Source: Octopus vulgaris (lineage: Eukaryota). From it: a stretch of DNA of 64,000 nt. Positions within the stretch are counted from its first letter, which is position 1. Every line of letters begins with the position of its first letter. Positions 44,606 through 60,530 of the stretch are shown here, piece after piece. Position numbers and translations under genes: made by a program. The notes beneath the pieces are model-generated. The model was not told the DNA's origin. It ran no database searches and saw only the letters and a program-made list of their open reading frames with translations. The stretch covers positions 11,718,001 through 11,782,000 of the forward strand of contig OX597835.1 in the NCBI GenBank assembly GCA_951406725.2, written 5' to 3'.

Positions 44606-44951
44606 CAAAGCGACTCCATTTATAATTGTTTTTAATACTATTTTTGGTATTTGTCGTTCTTCATCTTGTTTCAACTTGCACAACTTTTCCGCTGTTCGCT
44701 CGGTTTTCTTATCATTGCAAATTTCATTAGTTGTAAACAGGCGTCATATCAAATCACACTCACACGCTGACGCTGACAACAGACAGACAGGCAGACAGAC
44801 AGACACACTGCCAGAGAGGTTGACAGACAGCCTGGCAAACAGATAGATACATACGCACGTATACGACTTCGTGTATATTCATATGTATATCTGAGCATCT
44901 TTATACTTCCCCGCATATACGTTTGTATATATATATACATATACATACATG

Positions 44952-45168
<217 letters not shown>

Positions 45169-45965
45169 CATATTTATATATACATATTTATATATACATA
45201 TGTATATATATATATATATATATATGTACACACACACACATATATTCATATATGTACAGATATATATATATATATATATACATAAATATGTATATATTAT
45301 TCAAGTAAGTAAACAAGATTACAAATACAATAGCGCGTGATTCCACATATATTATGCGTGTGTTGGGGAGGGCTGTATTCATTATTCAATCTATTTTCTT
45401 TCGGAGACTAGTTTTCAGAAAGCCTGCGAAATATTATCTAATGTTAAAGCAACTTCCTATTGACTAACGGCTGTAATTAGTTATAGATGCATGAAATTAT
45501 GGTGTGGAATAATTGAAAATTTATCACAACAGTCTATATCTTGTATTCATACCCTTGATTATTATAATTATATGTGTCTTGATCATAAACACACTACGAA
45601 AAATGTAAACAAATGCACGTTTAATTATTATTTATATATCCATGTATAAAATCAAAGGGATAGGCTCTTGTAGGTTTTGGTCCCACTTTGATCCGTTCAC
45701 AAAAGTCAAGTACACTGATTTTTCTGCCTGTCAGTAAAATATAGCGAGCAGCTATCATAAGCAACGGATTTACATAAATATTATGACAACACAATTAAGT
45801 AGTTATGAATTCTCTATGACGATTTTGAACTAGAAATATCGCTGGTGCATCAGATGAAAATGCTGAGCAGCATTTATTTTAAACCTTCCTACCTTTGCTT
45901 TTTATTCTTTTGAAGTGGATACAATGAATACCAATCAACTACTGAGGTCGTTGAAATCCACTTAC

Positions 45966-46120
45966 CATTTCTCCTAAAATTGCTGGCCTTTTGCCAGACT
46001 TTGAGCGAAAATTATTAATCCACTAAACGATGGTGCATTATTAACCATCCTTAGTTCGCGTGGTGGTGATGGTCTCTCGTAGTCCGAGAAGGACGGTTCT
46101 GCAATTTCTTGCTGAGCAAC
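45966..46120 (-). pseudogene. Candidate exon encoding the start of a fibronectin type III-like domain (frameshifted)
   Basis: TGCAG acceptor and GTAAGT donor. VAQQEIAEPSFSDYERPSPPRELRMVNNAPSFSGLIIFAQ; removing one base gives VWQKASNFRRN through to the donor. Confidence 0.35.
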
Positions 46121-47074
46121 CTGCACGAATGATTTGTTTACAGTAAACCAAACGCATGCGTTGTACCTCAGTTCACTTTCTCCATCAAACTGATGTTGCC
46201 GGAACAGGTACACGGCGTGTAACAAGTCAGGTGTCGAAGGGATTGCAGGACAGCGTGAGATAAACTGTTTTGCTCATGAAAACAACGCATCACCCCGTCA
46301 GAGAATTGAAACTACGATATCACAATCGTGGGCGCAACACGCTAACCATTAAACTCTGCACCCTCACCTAATTCATGTAATATTTTACTCGTTGAAGGAA
46401 AACTAGTTGCGTATAAATCACCAACGGTGACCTCCCCTTACAGACGACCATTGTAGGTTTGGATTTGCAACGTGCAGTGGTTTGTCGTCGTTAATTAGCC
46501 AACAATGGTCGCTCGGCTTTCTGCTTTCTTCAAAGAAGATCAGTGTTAGTTATTATTTATTCACGATAAATTTATATCTTTATTTTCCTTTTGAAGTGAA
46601 AGTTAATTACGCACACATCACTGATAGGGTTTCCCTCTAGGTTCCATCACGCAGGTTTCGAGTTAAAATGTTCAGGTAAATATTACGTTAGCTAAACCTA
46701 CAAAACCTTTCTGTTTGCTTCGAAGAAAAGCATTGAATTGAACGACCCGTTTGCTATACGCGAAAAATGTATTAGTGACCGAAATCCGTCGATGATTTTA
46801 TAATAAGGGAATATTGTTCTTTCGCTACAGGGTTTCTAGAAGTGTTTTCAAAAATTCAAAAATGGCTGCACGGGTAGTTTGGTTTCTGTGGAGATACAGA
46901 ATCCAAATGACTTGAAAAGCAGCATGATGTTCTTCATTAGATTATTGTGGATAGTTCTATGGCACCACCCCTACATATAGCATCTTTCCTTAACAAAGTA
47001 AATAGGCTGGCTGAGATCAAATTGAAAATACAATAGATAATAATGATGATGATGATGATGATGATGATGATAAT

Positions 47075-47281
47075 GGTTTCAAATTTTGCCACAAGTACAA
47101 AAATGTTGGTGGGAGGTGATGAGTCGATGACGTCGGTCCCAGTGTTCCACTGCTAATTATTTTATCGAACCCCAAAGGATGAAATGTAAAGCCGACTTCG
47201 ATGGAATTAGAACTCAGAACGTAGCGAGTGGCGAATTGCATTTCGTCCGGCACGCTAACGATTCTGCCAGTTCGCCGCCTT
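47075..47281 (-). mobile_element. SINE family C (older)
   Basis: Homology to 8385-8616. Confidence 0.75.
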
Positions 47282-47295
47282 AAATAATAATAATA

Positions 47296-47954
<659 letters not shown>

Positions 47955-47965
47955 TGATGATGATG

Positions 47966-48084
<119 letters not shown>

Positions 48085-48141
48085 GCTCAAATATATAGTG
48101 CATGTGGTTAATGTTTGTCAAAAGATGACATTTCCCAAATA

Positions 48142-48186
<45 letters not shown>

Positions 48187-49397
48187 GTATGCATATGTGT
48201 GTGTATATGTGAGTATGTGAGTTTACGTGTTTGTATATGCATATATGTACATATACGCCAACATGTGTATGTAGCTATATATTCATAGATGTATACGTAT
48301 TTGTACGTATACGTACAACTAATTATATTGCATACAACCGTGATCTCTAACATGCATTCACATACATACGTACGTACGTACATACATTCACACACATACA
48401 TACAAACATAGATGCATGTACATATATATATATACATGCATACATGCATACACACAATTTTCCATATCTTAACTTCATATTTACCCATTTCACAGACTGG
48501 TAGACTCTTGGCTCTCGACTCATTACTGTTCGCCGCTATCTCTCATGTGCGTGTGTTAGACTTCCATTATCAGAATGGTCAACATTCGAAAATAAGCGCA
48601 TTTTAAGTTTGCTGTGATGTTGAATAATTTCCCCTGTGATTATAACTTGCTACTGTATCATGGATATTAAATATTGGCTTAATTACATGTCTGTAACTCC
48701 AGTTTAGAGATTATCAAACAAAAATTATTGATTAAAAAGAATATTGCCGACAAATGAAAGAATTAACATCCGTTTTACGTTTTGTTTTTCATTCCATACC
48801 GTTCTTTCTCGTTGAACAACGGAACACAATATATTGTAAACCGTTGAAGCGAGAACTTAGTCTTCTGTAAAATACGATGCGTGATCTAATTCTTTTTCTT
48901 GCTATTATCTATCTATCAAACATTAAATACTTCAATTTAGGTTTGCTTGTATATTTAGCGTATTTGAATAAGAGTAGCGAAAGATCACAATTATATCCCT
49001 GTAGATGAGGTTAATAGTTCGATCGATGATAAACTTCATGTCTTACATACAAACTACTTGAAGTAACCGACATTGAAATATAATTATTCCCGCCTTGACC
49101 ATAAAATGGAACTTTAGGACAGCCATAAATTTAATCGCGTCACAAGAGGGCAATTTTAAGACAAGTTATTCCTGTTTCCCCTACATTATAGTAATAATTG
49201 TTCTTTGCCAAAAAGGTATAAGGTTGCTGTGGATAAGTTTTCAATCGAGAAACCTTCAAATAAAGTGTGGATAGCTGAGAAAAGCCAGTATTTCCAATTA
49301 ATCTTCTTTCATACAATTTTCTGGCTTTCAGCACAATAAATGTTGCTACTTTCCAACACACACACACATACACACACACACATACACACCCACACAC

Positions 49398-49499
<102 letters not shown>

Positions 49500-49503
49500 A
49501 CAG

Positions 49504-49548
<45 letters not shown>

Positions 49549-50975
49549 ACGGATATGTATATGTATGCGTGCGCGTAATTGTACGTATCTATACATACGA
49601 ATATAGATATAGATAGATACAAAGATAGATAGAAAGATACGTAGATGGACAGAGGAACAGATGGACAGGTAGACACTTTGGTAAATGTATTTTCTGAGAG
49701 AAATGCAATATTCAGTGAAACGCGATACCACCTCAATAACATTACACTTTCGACATTTGACATAATCGAATGTCTTTGTGGTGCTGGAAATGTCTTTTTC
49801 TCGCGGAGATTTTCAATGTTTATTAATGCTAAACAGCTCACTCTGCACTGGTATTTAACCATGCCAGTAAAAGGTCAAGTACTGCACTAAATCTATTTCT
49901 TCCTTTGAGAAACAGGATTCCAACTTCCCGAACGGTCTAACGTTAGAAAACTATTAAATTGGAACAATACTGGTTATTTCTTGCATGGACTCATACTGAG
50001 ATTATAATTTGAAGTGCAAATGTCAATTCTTAGTCTAATTTAACACCACTATATGATTCATGAGTATTTTTAGCAGTGTTCAATTCGTTACAAATATTTA
50101 GAATAGATCTATGTTCACAGAATATCGTCATTCTTTTACTCTAGAAGTTTAAAAGGCTCTGATTATTGCTATTATCACCGTGTTTCCGCTCTGAGTACAT
50201 CACCAGTTGTAGGCTTCAATACTCACTAAAATGCGGAATCATTTCCTCTGTTGGTTTCACAAAGGCTTTAAGATGTGCCGACAAAAAGACGGTTATCTGT
50301 AGTCTAATGTAAGATGTTTTAATTTGGAATAATTTACATGGGGTTCCTAAATTTTGAATATGCTGCGTAGCAGATGCAGAATATTTCAAAATATGCAGAG
50401 TACTTTAAGTTTATTGTTAATTTTATTGTTCTCTTTTGTTTAGTTCTGTCTTTGAGTCACTCCTCGAAATGAAGAATTTTATGTTTTGCAACTAGATGGA
50501 GATGTATATTTTTTTAAAGTTCCAGTTGTTCAATTACAGAGAGTTTCGAACAATTTAAAAGGTCCACCTACACAAATTTTCAGATTTTAGCTAAAAAAAA
50601 ATATGGTCGGTGTTTTAAACATCTTATTTTCTGTTATGTCAGCATATTCTGTGAACATGCCGCGTTGGAATACAATAAAATAAACGCCCTCAAAAAATGC
50701 ATGCATACAAAAAGAGAAAAAAGTAAACTTTGAAAAGATGAGTAACTGAGACAAAATACAGAAAAATAATCGAAAAATCTCATTTATTTTCTCGTCAAAA
50801 AAAAGCCAAAAAAAAAAAACATAAACAGTGAAAAGAAGAGAATAGTTCTTCAGCAACGTTAGCATACAAGAAGTTTAAAGTTTTTATAACGGAGACATTT
50901 GGTTTTTCTTAGTTTTCTCTAGTGTGTTGGTTCAATTACTATTTGCTCTCTGTTATAATAATTTGAAGATCTGTT

Positions 50976-51362
50976 CTAGAATGCTTGCTCCCAAACGCAA
51001 GTTTGGGCAGATTTTTTGTCTGAGTGGGGTGAAGGTGAAAGACAAGCAGTTCTCCATGTACGCAAATCTCTACTCTCCGCAACATTGATGTTGAGTACGG
51101 GCAAAATATGGCCCACTAGAGCCTGCTACCAACGCTGGTTCAAACCGATCCGCATGTGTATTACTGGTAGTAATATTTTCGTAATTCACTGAAACTGTTT
51201 CAACGCCAGGGATTGAAACCTCATCGTAGAATTCATTTATGCTTCGGTATTCAATATGAACCAGGGCATTACTCCCAAACGAAGCGTAAATGAAATCAGC
51301 AGGTCTTTTGGTGTAAGTTATACAAATAGTTTTGCAACAACTTAGAAGCCCCAGGAGGATGT
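50976..51362 (-). pseudogene. Candidate exon encoding a signal-peptide end plus an Ig-like domain (1-bp frameshift)
   Basis: Branch point GCTAAC and TTGCTTTCAG acceptor. DILLGLLSCCKTICITYTKRPADFIYASFGSNALVHIEY...ADRFEP...GPYFA; removing one C at about 51100 gives VLNINVAESRDLRTWRTAC, an Ig E/F-strand-like pattern. Confidence 0.4.
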
Positions 51363-52206
51363 CTGAAAGCAAGTTAGCATAAAGGAAATGTTTTATATTT
51401 TTTGTTGGTTTGTTTGGATTTTTTTTAAATTTAGCTTTTTAATTTTTTTCTATTGCATATCGGGGAATTTATTTCCTTCCAGTCATGTTCTCGGATTTGT
51501 CAGCATACGTACACGGTTTAGAAATTAGTAATATCTGCAGAAATATGGTAATCCGAGGAGTTAAAAATAAAATTAAAGCAAGTTATAAGCTACATTTGTA
51601 AACCGAGAAAATAGTTTTAGTTTTTCTTATTTTAGATAAATTTTATGAAAATTTTGTTCCAGTAAATAAGTTTATGCAAGACGAAAATGAAATTTAGCAA
51701 AAAATATATTCCACGAAATGGCTCCTAACCATTAACTCTGCGAATATATCTGTAAATATATATCTAAGCGTATTTAAAATTGTCACATGCATTTATACAC
51801 TCATACAAATATATACACACCACAGATATATATGCATATATATATTTGCATATTTTTTGTCGATCGATATAGCTATCTCTGTAGTAGATAGGAGACATTG
51901 TGAATTCTAATTATAATAGGGTAGCTTCTAATGCACTGACTATTGTTACTGTCAGTATTTCGTCTTCTGGTAGTACGTGTATATTGGTGGCTGGTGATCA
52001 GTGAAGTAGCTCTTCAGTGTCTATGAATAGCTCCAAAATATTTAATGTGGTCATCATGATAATTTTAATTAACTGACACTCTACCTATATGGAAGAGAGA
52101 TAAAACCTTATATAATTAAAACGCAAATGCGCAATCAGAAATAACTCAGAGCGGCCAGGGGCATGTATTTCAATAACACAGAGACGAATAAAGTTATACT
52201 AATTAC

Positions 52207-52987
52207 CATACAACAGCCATTCTTGTTTTATTGAAACTATCTCTGATTCCAGAGAAGGAAAAGTAATCAGCTGTTGATAATTTGGGACTAACAGCAAAGA
52301 AGAAGAGGAGATAATCTAGAAAATCAAGGCTTCTAAAAACAAAAATGACATACCATTCAGGCATTTCATTGTCTGAAAACAAAGGGATGATAATGAATAC
52401 ACGTTTCTGCCTCAACATGCGTTGTCTGTTGGACAATACTTAATTAAACAACACATGGCAAACCAAGGGCAAGAGTGACTACTCAAAAATAAACCTCGGT
52501 CATAATTTGGGCTGAACACGAATCCAGGAGATATTTTCAATTTATTTAGGTAAAGAATTAATTGGGTTTCTTTAAATACTAATTGTTTAGAATACAAGGT
52601 TAGCAGTTGTTTGTTTCTTGTTCTCTTGTTAATGCGGTGATGTATATGGAAATTTAATGTTAGGCATCTCTGAGAACTTCACTTTTAAAGAATGGCGTTA
52701 CTGTCAATTCTAATACGATATTATTTTAAAGAAAGAATTTTGTAAATTTTGCTATAAGTGTAATTTTCTATGATTTTTAGAGCAACAGTATTCTTGCCAG
52801 CCATGCTTTCCACAATTTCCCACATTACAACGCTTCGCTAATTAATTACACATCTAGGAGGCATGTATAACCTCCAAAGTTCTTCAAATCCCAATTATAG
52901 CAGCAAATAGCATCTCCTTTCAGCAGCCAAATATAACTAAACCGAATGAGAAATCAATATTCTTACCTGTATCTGCCTCGATCTCAT
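52207..52987 (-). other. Three candidate micro-exons (52967-52987, 52354-52372, 52207-52242) phase-compatible with the 51362 exon
   Basis: GT-AG sites (GTAAGA, GTATGT, GTAATT; TTTTCAG, ATCAG). Spliced frame MRSRQIQ|TMKCLN|EIVSIKQEWLLY|DILLG... Confidence 0.3.
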
Positions 52988-53639
52988 AAAGACAGCAAAA
53001 CGTTAAGAAAATTTATGCAAAATGTATTTCAATTTCTGATATCAGATTAGCGACAGTAATGGAAAACAAAATGCAAAGAAATAGTTCGTGTTAGAGTCTC
53101 TGCACGATTCTGCGATCTACAACCAATCTCATTGCAAACTACTTTGTTGTAAAGTTCCGACACCATCAGCTTAGCATTAAATTTGTCTGTGGTAATTAAA
53201 TTACAAATCTAACTAAAACTACCTCAGCACAAACTAATGAACGAGCTTCGACATTGTCAAACAATCTCCTAAAGATATCAGCTAAATCTCCCTGAAATCC
53301 CACCGTTTTCTCTTAGAAACGAAGGTGGGAAACGGGCAGTAAGGTAAGTCTATGAACGTCTTTGATTCTAGATCAGTCTGTAGGCACAATCATATGGGAA
53401 AAACAACCAGTTCTTAAAGTATGCAAATTTCGCATAAACAGTATCATTCTTATATCTGTACACTCGGCTTTAATGATAATAATACATATAATGCTTATAA
53501 ACAGTACCTACGCACATAGCTATACTATTAATGACTTTGCCAGAAATACTGCCATAAAAACAATATTCACGCCCATGTTCCCCGAATACAAACACATGAA
53601 AGTCATATGACTTCAGTCTAATACAATACACAGACCACA

Positions 53640-53784
53640 TATTAGGTTGTCCCAAAAGTTCGTAAATACTTGCGAAAATTAGATTTTTACTCGCCAAGTA
53701 CTAACAAAAACAACAAAAAATATTCCTCAAAATTAAGACCATTATTTTCCAAGACTTTCTACGAACTTTTGGGACAACCTTGTA
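53640..53784. mobile_element. Tc1/mariner-type MITE (~145 bp)
   Basis: TIR AGGTTGTCCCAAAAGTTCGTA / TACGAACTTTTGGGACAACCT; TA at both ends. Confidence 0.85.
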
Positions 53785-55287
53785 GCATTAAAGCATGTAC
53801 ACGCATACATAAATGCAAACGCATCTGCTTTCTTCAGATGTAAGCTATAAGATATGGCGGAGAAAATTATAAATTTATAGAGAAGCTATATACATATCTC
53901 GTTAGCTAAATAGGGCCTACATTTATGAATGCTTATATCCAAATGCAATATTTTACCGATACAGACATACCTTTATATATATATACTCTTTTTCTGCTAG
54001 TGAGAGGATGGCTAATAATTTCGTCCACTTTTCTACATATTCTGTATTGGATCACTGACTCTGACTATGTTTTATCAATTTTTGTCATTATGAAATTAAT
54101 TCTAATGACTTGCTTCTGAGCTGCTATAATTACTGAATTCAGTTTTTCCCACGGGCCTTCATTTCTCAGTCACAACAAGCATTCTTCTCTTGCAGGAATT
54201 GGCCATCAAATTCCTTCTCTTCTCAGTCATTTATGCTATCGTCTTTCTTTTTACTCATGAAATCTCTGTTTCAATACCTTCGATATTTCTCTCCACACTT
54301 GGGTTCCTCATTGACTTAGTTCACCGATATTAAAGTATGAATGGTGCTTCCTGCATTTAACAATAAACAAAATAAAATAAAGCATCTAGGGTCTATATAG
54401 TCGACTATCTTCTCCTCCCCAATTTCTCGTCTTTTTGGAAAATATTTCTGCTGGTACAGTTGTTGCGGCTATTATTTGTATATTGTGCCACTATTTTAAT
54501 CTCACTAATGTGGACTATTCTTTTTTTTTTTACTTAATACGTCAATTTAGAACTTCAAGTATGAAGGTGTGACTTGACCAATTCTGTTCTATTACGAATA
54601 AATGTTATTTCAAAAGGGCATTTCTCATGCACCAAAGGAGGGAAAAATATTTGTCCTTTTACCTGCAATATGGTAAGGCGTACCTATCGGTTATTTTAAT
54701 TAAAGCTCATTTTAATTCAAAACTTAATATAAAACATTTTAGCGCGAAATAAACTTTACGAAATAATTTCATATGCTTAAACAAGGAACATGTGTGAACA
54801 TACATACAAATAAAATTCATACGCAAGCAGGCAGACATAGAGACTCATAAATATAGAATGATATCATTAAGAATTATCATTAATAAAGAAAGAATTAATA
54901 TCTATAAACAAATAAAGAATTATTACTTTCTTTGTGAATGGAGACAACACTTCTGATAACAGTATAGATTTATATATACATATGTGTGTGTGTGTGTGGT
55001 CGTCTATGTGTTTATATTACGTAAGAGAGGCTATGAATATTTATATGTATGAGTATATATGCGTGTATGTGTGTGTATGTCATTATCTACATGCACACAA
55101 TGACGTATGTATATATATATATATATGGTATACGTGCAGATACATGTTTATATTGAAGTGTAAATGTGTCTCAGTGTTGTGTGAATTTATACACACAAGC
55201 GTATATATATATATGCATATAAGTGTTTAACCATACATACACATATATATATTTATATATATACTCTTTTATACACATATATTATAT

Positions 55288-55402
<115 letters not shown>

Positions 55403-55756
55403 GGTTTGTATGTATATATACATTAATACAGACATATATATCGTACACTTGTCGCTCATATTATCATTTATATATGCCTACTTCAATACTTCAAAGGGAC
55501 ACAGCTGAAAGTGAAACCACAAAATTCTCGTCATAGAAATTGTAACCCTCACCTTTTAATTTAATCATAGAGTGTAAGCTTAATTTGGTGAATGTGAACG
55601 GAAATATCATTATTGTTAAACGCTACGTGATAAAAGCTTTGATCTTATAATCCAAACAGCTGATTTTGTAAACGAACGTATACTAAAATTTCTTAAGATG
55701 TGTACTTATGTACATATACATAAGTATACGCCAAGACATACATATATACAAACTTC

Positions 55757-55807
<51 letters not shown>

Positions 55808-55809
55808 AC

Positions 55810-55840
<31 letters not shown>

Positions 55841-55873
55841 TAAATATATATATACATATACATATGAATATAA

Positions 55874-55926
<53 letters not shown>

Positions 55927-56092
55927 TAGATATAGATATATTATATATGTATACATATATATATATATATACATGTGTGTACGCGTGTGTGTAATTATGC
56001 ATAAACACACGTAAAGTATACATGTATATGTGTGTGTATATATACATCCATACAAACATATATATATATATATATTAATATAGCTATATAAT

Positions 56093-56149
<57 letters not shown>

Positions 56150-56971
56150 TAAACACATACACATATTGACATATATAAATATAAATACATACATACTTAT
56201 ACAAATAATATATATATATGTATGTATGTATTTCGATATATGTATATTATACATAGCTTCAATCTTAGAAGTGGTAATGTGAAATCTGTGTTACCAACTG
56301 TTATGTGTATGTGCATGAGTATTTGCATGTGTGGTTGTGTGTTTGTGTGTGTGTGTAAACAAATTAACATATACACATATATATACGTGTGTGTGTGTGT
56401 GCCTGAGTGTGGAAAGCGGAGTGTGTCCGCGTGCGTTATTTCCGTGTGTTTATTATCTTCTTTCCTCGTATTTTTTCTTATTATTTTTACACCATTTTGT
56501 TTATTTTATCGTTATTTTCTTTTTGTTGTTGTCATTGCTTAGAATTAATAGCATAGATTATAGTCAGTGGCATTTGCGCTGAGTAGCGGAATTATATACG
56601 AAATCTTAACACATACAAAGGATGCTAGTTTCCCTTTCTGGCTTTCTATAAAAAAGAAAGTTAATATGCTTATATATATACATTGTAAATATATATACAA
56701 GGATCTCTTGTATTATTCATATTAGTAAACTGTCGTTATATTGCATTCTATTGTCACTGCGAGAAAGAACGTAGAGAGTTCCTGCCCTATAGAATTTACT
56801 TTCCATTACGTTGGCATTATTTATTTCACTCATGACCTTTGGAGAATCAAGGAAGTCATAGAATATCAAAGAATGTGAGCTGTTATTTTCGGGGCATTAA
56901 TTTTTTAAATGAAATAACTTCATCACGGAGCTTTCACATTTTTTATTGTTTTGCTGTTGTTGTTGTTGTTG

Positions 56972-57054
<83 letters not shown>

Positions 57055-57058
<4 letters not shown>

Positions 57059-57275
57059 TAGTTTTATTTTTATAGCGTGCTTTCACTTCACTACCGAGCG
57101 CAGCTCTGTGTGCCTTGGGTATGTGCTGTGATTTGTTGTGATGCTCTGATGGTTATTGTATGGAAAGTGTTCTGCGTAGGATGTGTGCAGTGCCTAGTAG
57201 TGCAATTTTCTGTATGTTATATGTGTTTGTAAGTCCTGGTGTTTTTGTTATGTATTTGTCTGAATATTTTTTTTA
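57055..57275 (-). mobile_element. R4/Dong-like LINE 3' end inside (AAT)n
   Basis: IQKIALLGTAHILRRTLSIQ* plus 3'UTR; ATT tracts on both sides. Confidence 0.9.
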
Positions 57276-57278
57276 ATA

Positions 57279-57353
<75 letters not shown>

Positions 57354-57699
57354 CATCATTATTATTGTTATTATTTTGGTTTAGCATTAGTCAGATCTTA
57401 TTGTGCAGAGTCAAAACAACAGGGTAACCACAGGTTTTTCAAACAACGGAGAGAAGTGAAATAGAAGGGTTTTGTCACTGAAGCCTAATTCAGACAGACG
57501 TACAACCTCTCTCTCTCTCATTCTCCCATTATATATGTATTTATTGTGTGTGTGTATGTGTGTGTATGTGCGTGTGCGTACGCGCGCATGTGCGTGTGTG
57601 TGTACATAGGGCATTCCGGTGAAATTCAAGAAGGGTACGTCGCGAATGTTCTTATATTTGCATTATTCAAATTTACAGCATTTATGAATATTCATGAGT

Positions 57700-58810
57700 A
57701 GAGTAATTCCGGAAAATTTCTGCTCCATAGCAGTTTGCGAGGCTAGGCATCACTGTTATAGACATTGCCATTCTATAGGATTATGAGATACATAGAGACA
57801 GGCAAATAAATGCAAATAGACCCGACATCGCCTTCAGAGATCTACGACAAAAAATATACCTATTTCTTTATTACCCACAAGGGGCTAAACATAGAGGAGA
57901 CAAACATGGACAGACATAAGTATTAAGTCGATTACATCGACCCCAGTGCTTAACTGGTACTTAATTTATCGACCCCGAAAGGATGAAAGGCAAAGTCGAC
58001 CTCGACGGAATTTGAACTCACAACGTAACGGCAGATGAAATACCTATTTCTTTATTACCCACAAGGGGCTAAACACAGAGGGGACAAACAAGGACAGACA
58101 TAGGTATTAAGTCGATGACATCGACCCCAGTGCGTAACTGGTACTTAATTTATCGACCCCGAAAGAATGAAAGGCAAAGTCGACCTCGACGGAATTTGAA
58201 CTCACAATGTAACGGCAGATGAAATACCTATTTCTTTATTACCCACAAGGGGCTAAACATAGAGGAGACAAACATGGACAGACATAGGTATTAAGTCGAT
58301 TATATCGACCCCAGTGCTTAACTGGTACTTAATTTATCGATCCCGAAAGGATGAAAGGCAAAGTCGACCTCGGCGGAATTTGAACTCACAACGTAACGGC
58401 AGCCGAAATACCGCTAAGCATTTCGCCCGACGTGCTAACGATTCCGCTAGCTCGCCGCCTCGACAAAAAATATACCTGTCAATTGATGTAACTGTGCCTA
58501 TTGATAGAAACATCTCAGCAAAGGAATTTGAAAAACTGTCGAAATATAAGGACCTTGAGATTGAGATATCTAGGACGTGGCAAATAAAAAACGAAACCAT
58601 CCGTATTCCTGTAGGTGCCCTGGGAATGAGCAAGAAAGGTAGTGACAATTTGTTTTAATCAGATACCCGGGAAGCCATCAAGCTATGAGGCTCAAAACAT
58701 TGTGTTGTCATCAACTGCCCGCAACCCCAGGAGGCTTCTCTCCATCAATGACATACATGTGTCTTATGTGTCTGGTTGAGAACCAGTCGGAATATGAAAT
58801 AAAATGCAAA
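57700..58810 (+). mobile_element. Decayed R4/Dong-like LINE RLE region interrupted by SINE C
   Basis: AIL*DYEIHRDRQINANRPDIAFRDLRQKIY|LSIDVTVPIDRNISAKEFEKLSKYKDLEIEI...VGALG. Confidence 0.85.
57862..58460 (-). mobile_element. SINE family C with three tandem 184-bp bodies and a 17-bp TSD
   Basis: Unit boundaries (TACCTATTTC) at 57857, 58041 and 58225; TSD CGACAAAAAATATACCT at 57845-57861 and 58461-58477. Confidence 0.92.
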
Positions 58811-58986
58811 TCAATCGGAAATTAAGAATGATAATAATAATGACAATAATAATAATAATAATACTAATACTACTAGCAATAATGATAATAATAAGTATTA
58901 TGATTATAATATTGATAATAATAATAATAATGATGATGGTGATGATACTGATGATGATGATGATGATGCTGATGATGATGATGATT

Positions 58987-59019
<33 letters not shown>

Positions 59020-60093
59020 TGGATTTCAAAATTGTGGTACAAAACCAGCAGCTCCGTAGTTAGCTACCTGTTTTCGTTTATTGTATATCACTAATGCTAT
59101 GACTTTAGTTTGTAAGTACTTTTGGGGTATATATGCAAATCCCATATAACATTTGTCACGAAACTCTCACGATTTTTTCGCAAACGCGCACAGCTATGTT
59201 AACTTCACTTAAACCTTCATTATTTCGTATCAAATCTTTCGTCACACCAACTGCGGTCTGGTCACTGACTTTATTTCTCTACAGTGGGATTCCAACATCA
59301 AAGATTAAATGTATAAGTGAAGCCAACAGTCTTTTTGTGTTTATCAATGGCTTATAGGTTACTTCCAGTCGTTTTAGTTTCAAAGCATAGTCTCAGATCA
59401 AATAAATTTTCTGCTAAGTACACTTCCGAAAAATCTCAGGATTCATGTTTGCTTATATTTAAAAGAAAATGGATCAAAATTGTAAATTTATGAAACAATT
59501 CTATTATAGTTCGTCAGAGCAGCTCATCATTAAAATTCAAATAAATTTATTTATATTCAATAAATTCGGGTCTTTAAAAATGTTAATCGTTCTAAATGAA
59601 AAGTGATATATTCGAATAAAATGTGCATATTTAATGAATATAATAAATGTGTTTTAATGAATGTCAGTTTAATGTAATTTCTATAAATAATGTATTTTCT
59701 AATCGATATATTTTCAATCAATATATTTAAATTAGATTTGATGATGTGTTTACTTGTATTTAAAATTACTTTATCGATCACCTAACCCAATCACACCAGA
59801 GATCATTATAGCTTAGTCAGACTTTGTCTTTAAAAGATTACTCTTGCCTTTTTTTAAATATTTTGTCTAAACTTTCATTTGTCTGCACAACGTGAACGGA
59901 TGCCGGGCAACATGAGAAGAGTTCAGGACCTTGGGTAATGTCTATAACAGTTACGTCTAACCCCGCAAACCCTTTAGCGATATTCATTGCAAATAAACAT
60001 TGAAATTTTAGATAGAAAAACTAACGAAAGGTTTTGCTGTAGTATTAAGTTCAGAACATGAAACAGGGAAGTTACTTGTAATATGCAAACATA

Positions 60094-60254
60094 CAGGAGT
60101 GGCTGTGTGGTAAGTAGCTTGCTAACCAGCCTCATGGTTCCGGGTTCAATCCCACTGCGTGGCATCTTGGGCAAGTGTCTTCTGCTATAGCCCCGGGCCG
60201 ACCAATGCCTTGTGAGTGGATTTGGTAGACGGAAACTGAAAGAAGCCTGTCGTA

Positions 60255-60320
<66 letters not shown>

Positions 60321-60530
60321 TGTGTGTCTGTGTTTGTCCCCCTAGCATTGCTTGACAATCGATGCTGGTGTGTTTATGTCCCCGTAACTTAGCGGTTCGG
60401 CAAAAGAGACCAATAGAATAAGTACTGGGCTTAGAAAAGAATAGAGTCCTGGGGGTCGAGTTGCTCGATTAAAAAGGCGGTGCTCCAGCATGGCCGCAGT
60501 CAAATGACTGAAACAGGTAAAAGAGTAAAG
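60094..60530 (+). mobile_element. SINE family B, full-length
   Basis: tRNA-like head (TGGCTGTGTGG...GGTTCAATCCC); CORE-like CTTGGGCAAGTG; internal (TA)(TG) tract; tail GGCGGTGCTCCAGCATGGCCGCAG... Confidence 0.9.

Noticed and set aside
43700-44635. 311-aa Ser/Pro-rich ORF
   Set aside because: It is a concatenation of (TTC), (TCC), (CAT), (AAT) and (CA) simple repeats.
46446-46510. Hairpin GACCATTGTAGGTT/AGCCAACAATGGTC as a possible miRNA precursor
   Set aside because: The stem is only about 14 bp with a large unstructured loop.
49640-50000. Cys-containing minus-strand reading segments
   Set aside because: Multiple stops, no consistent splice sites and no family motif.
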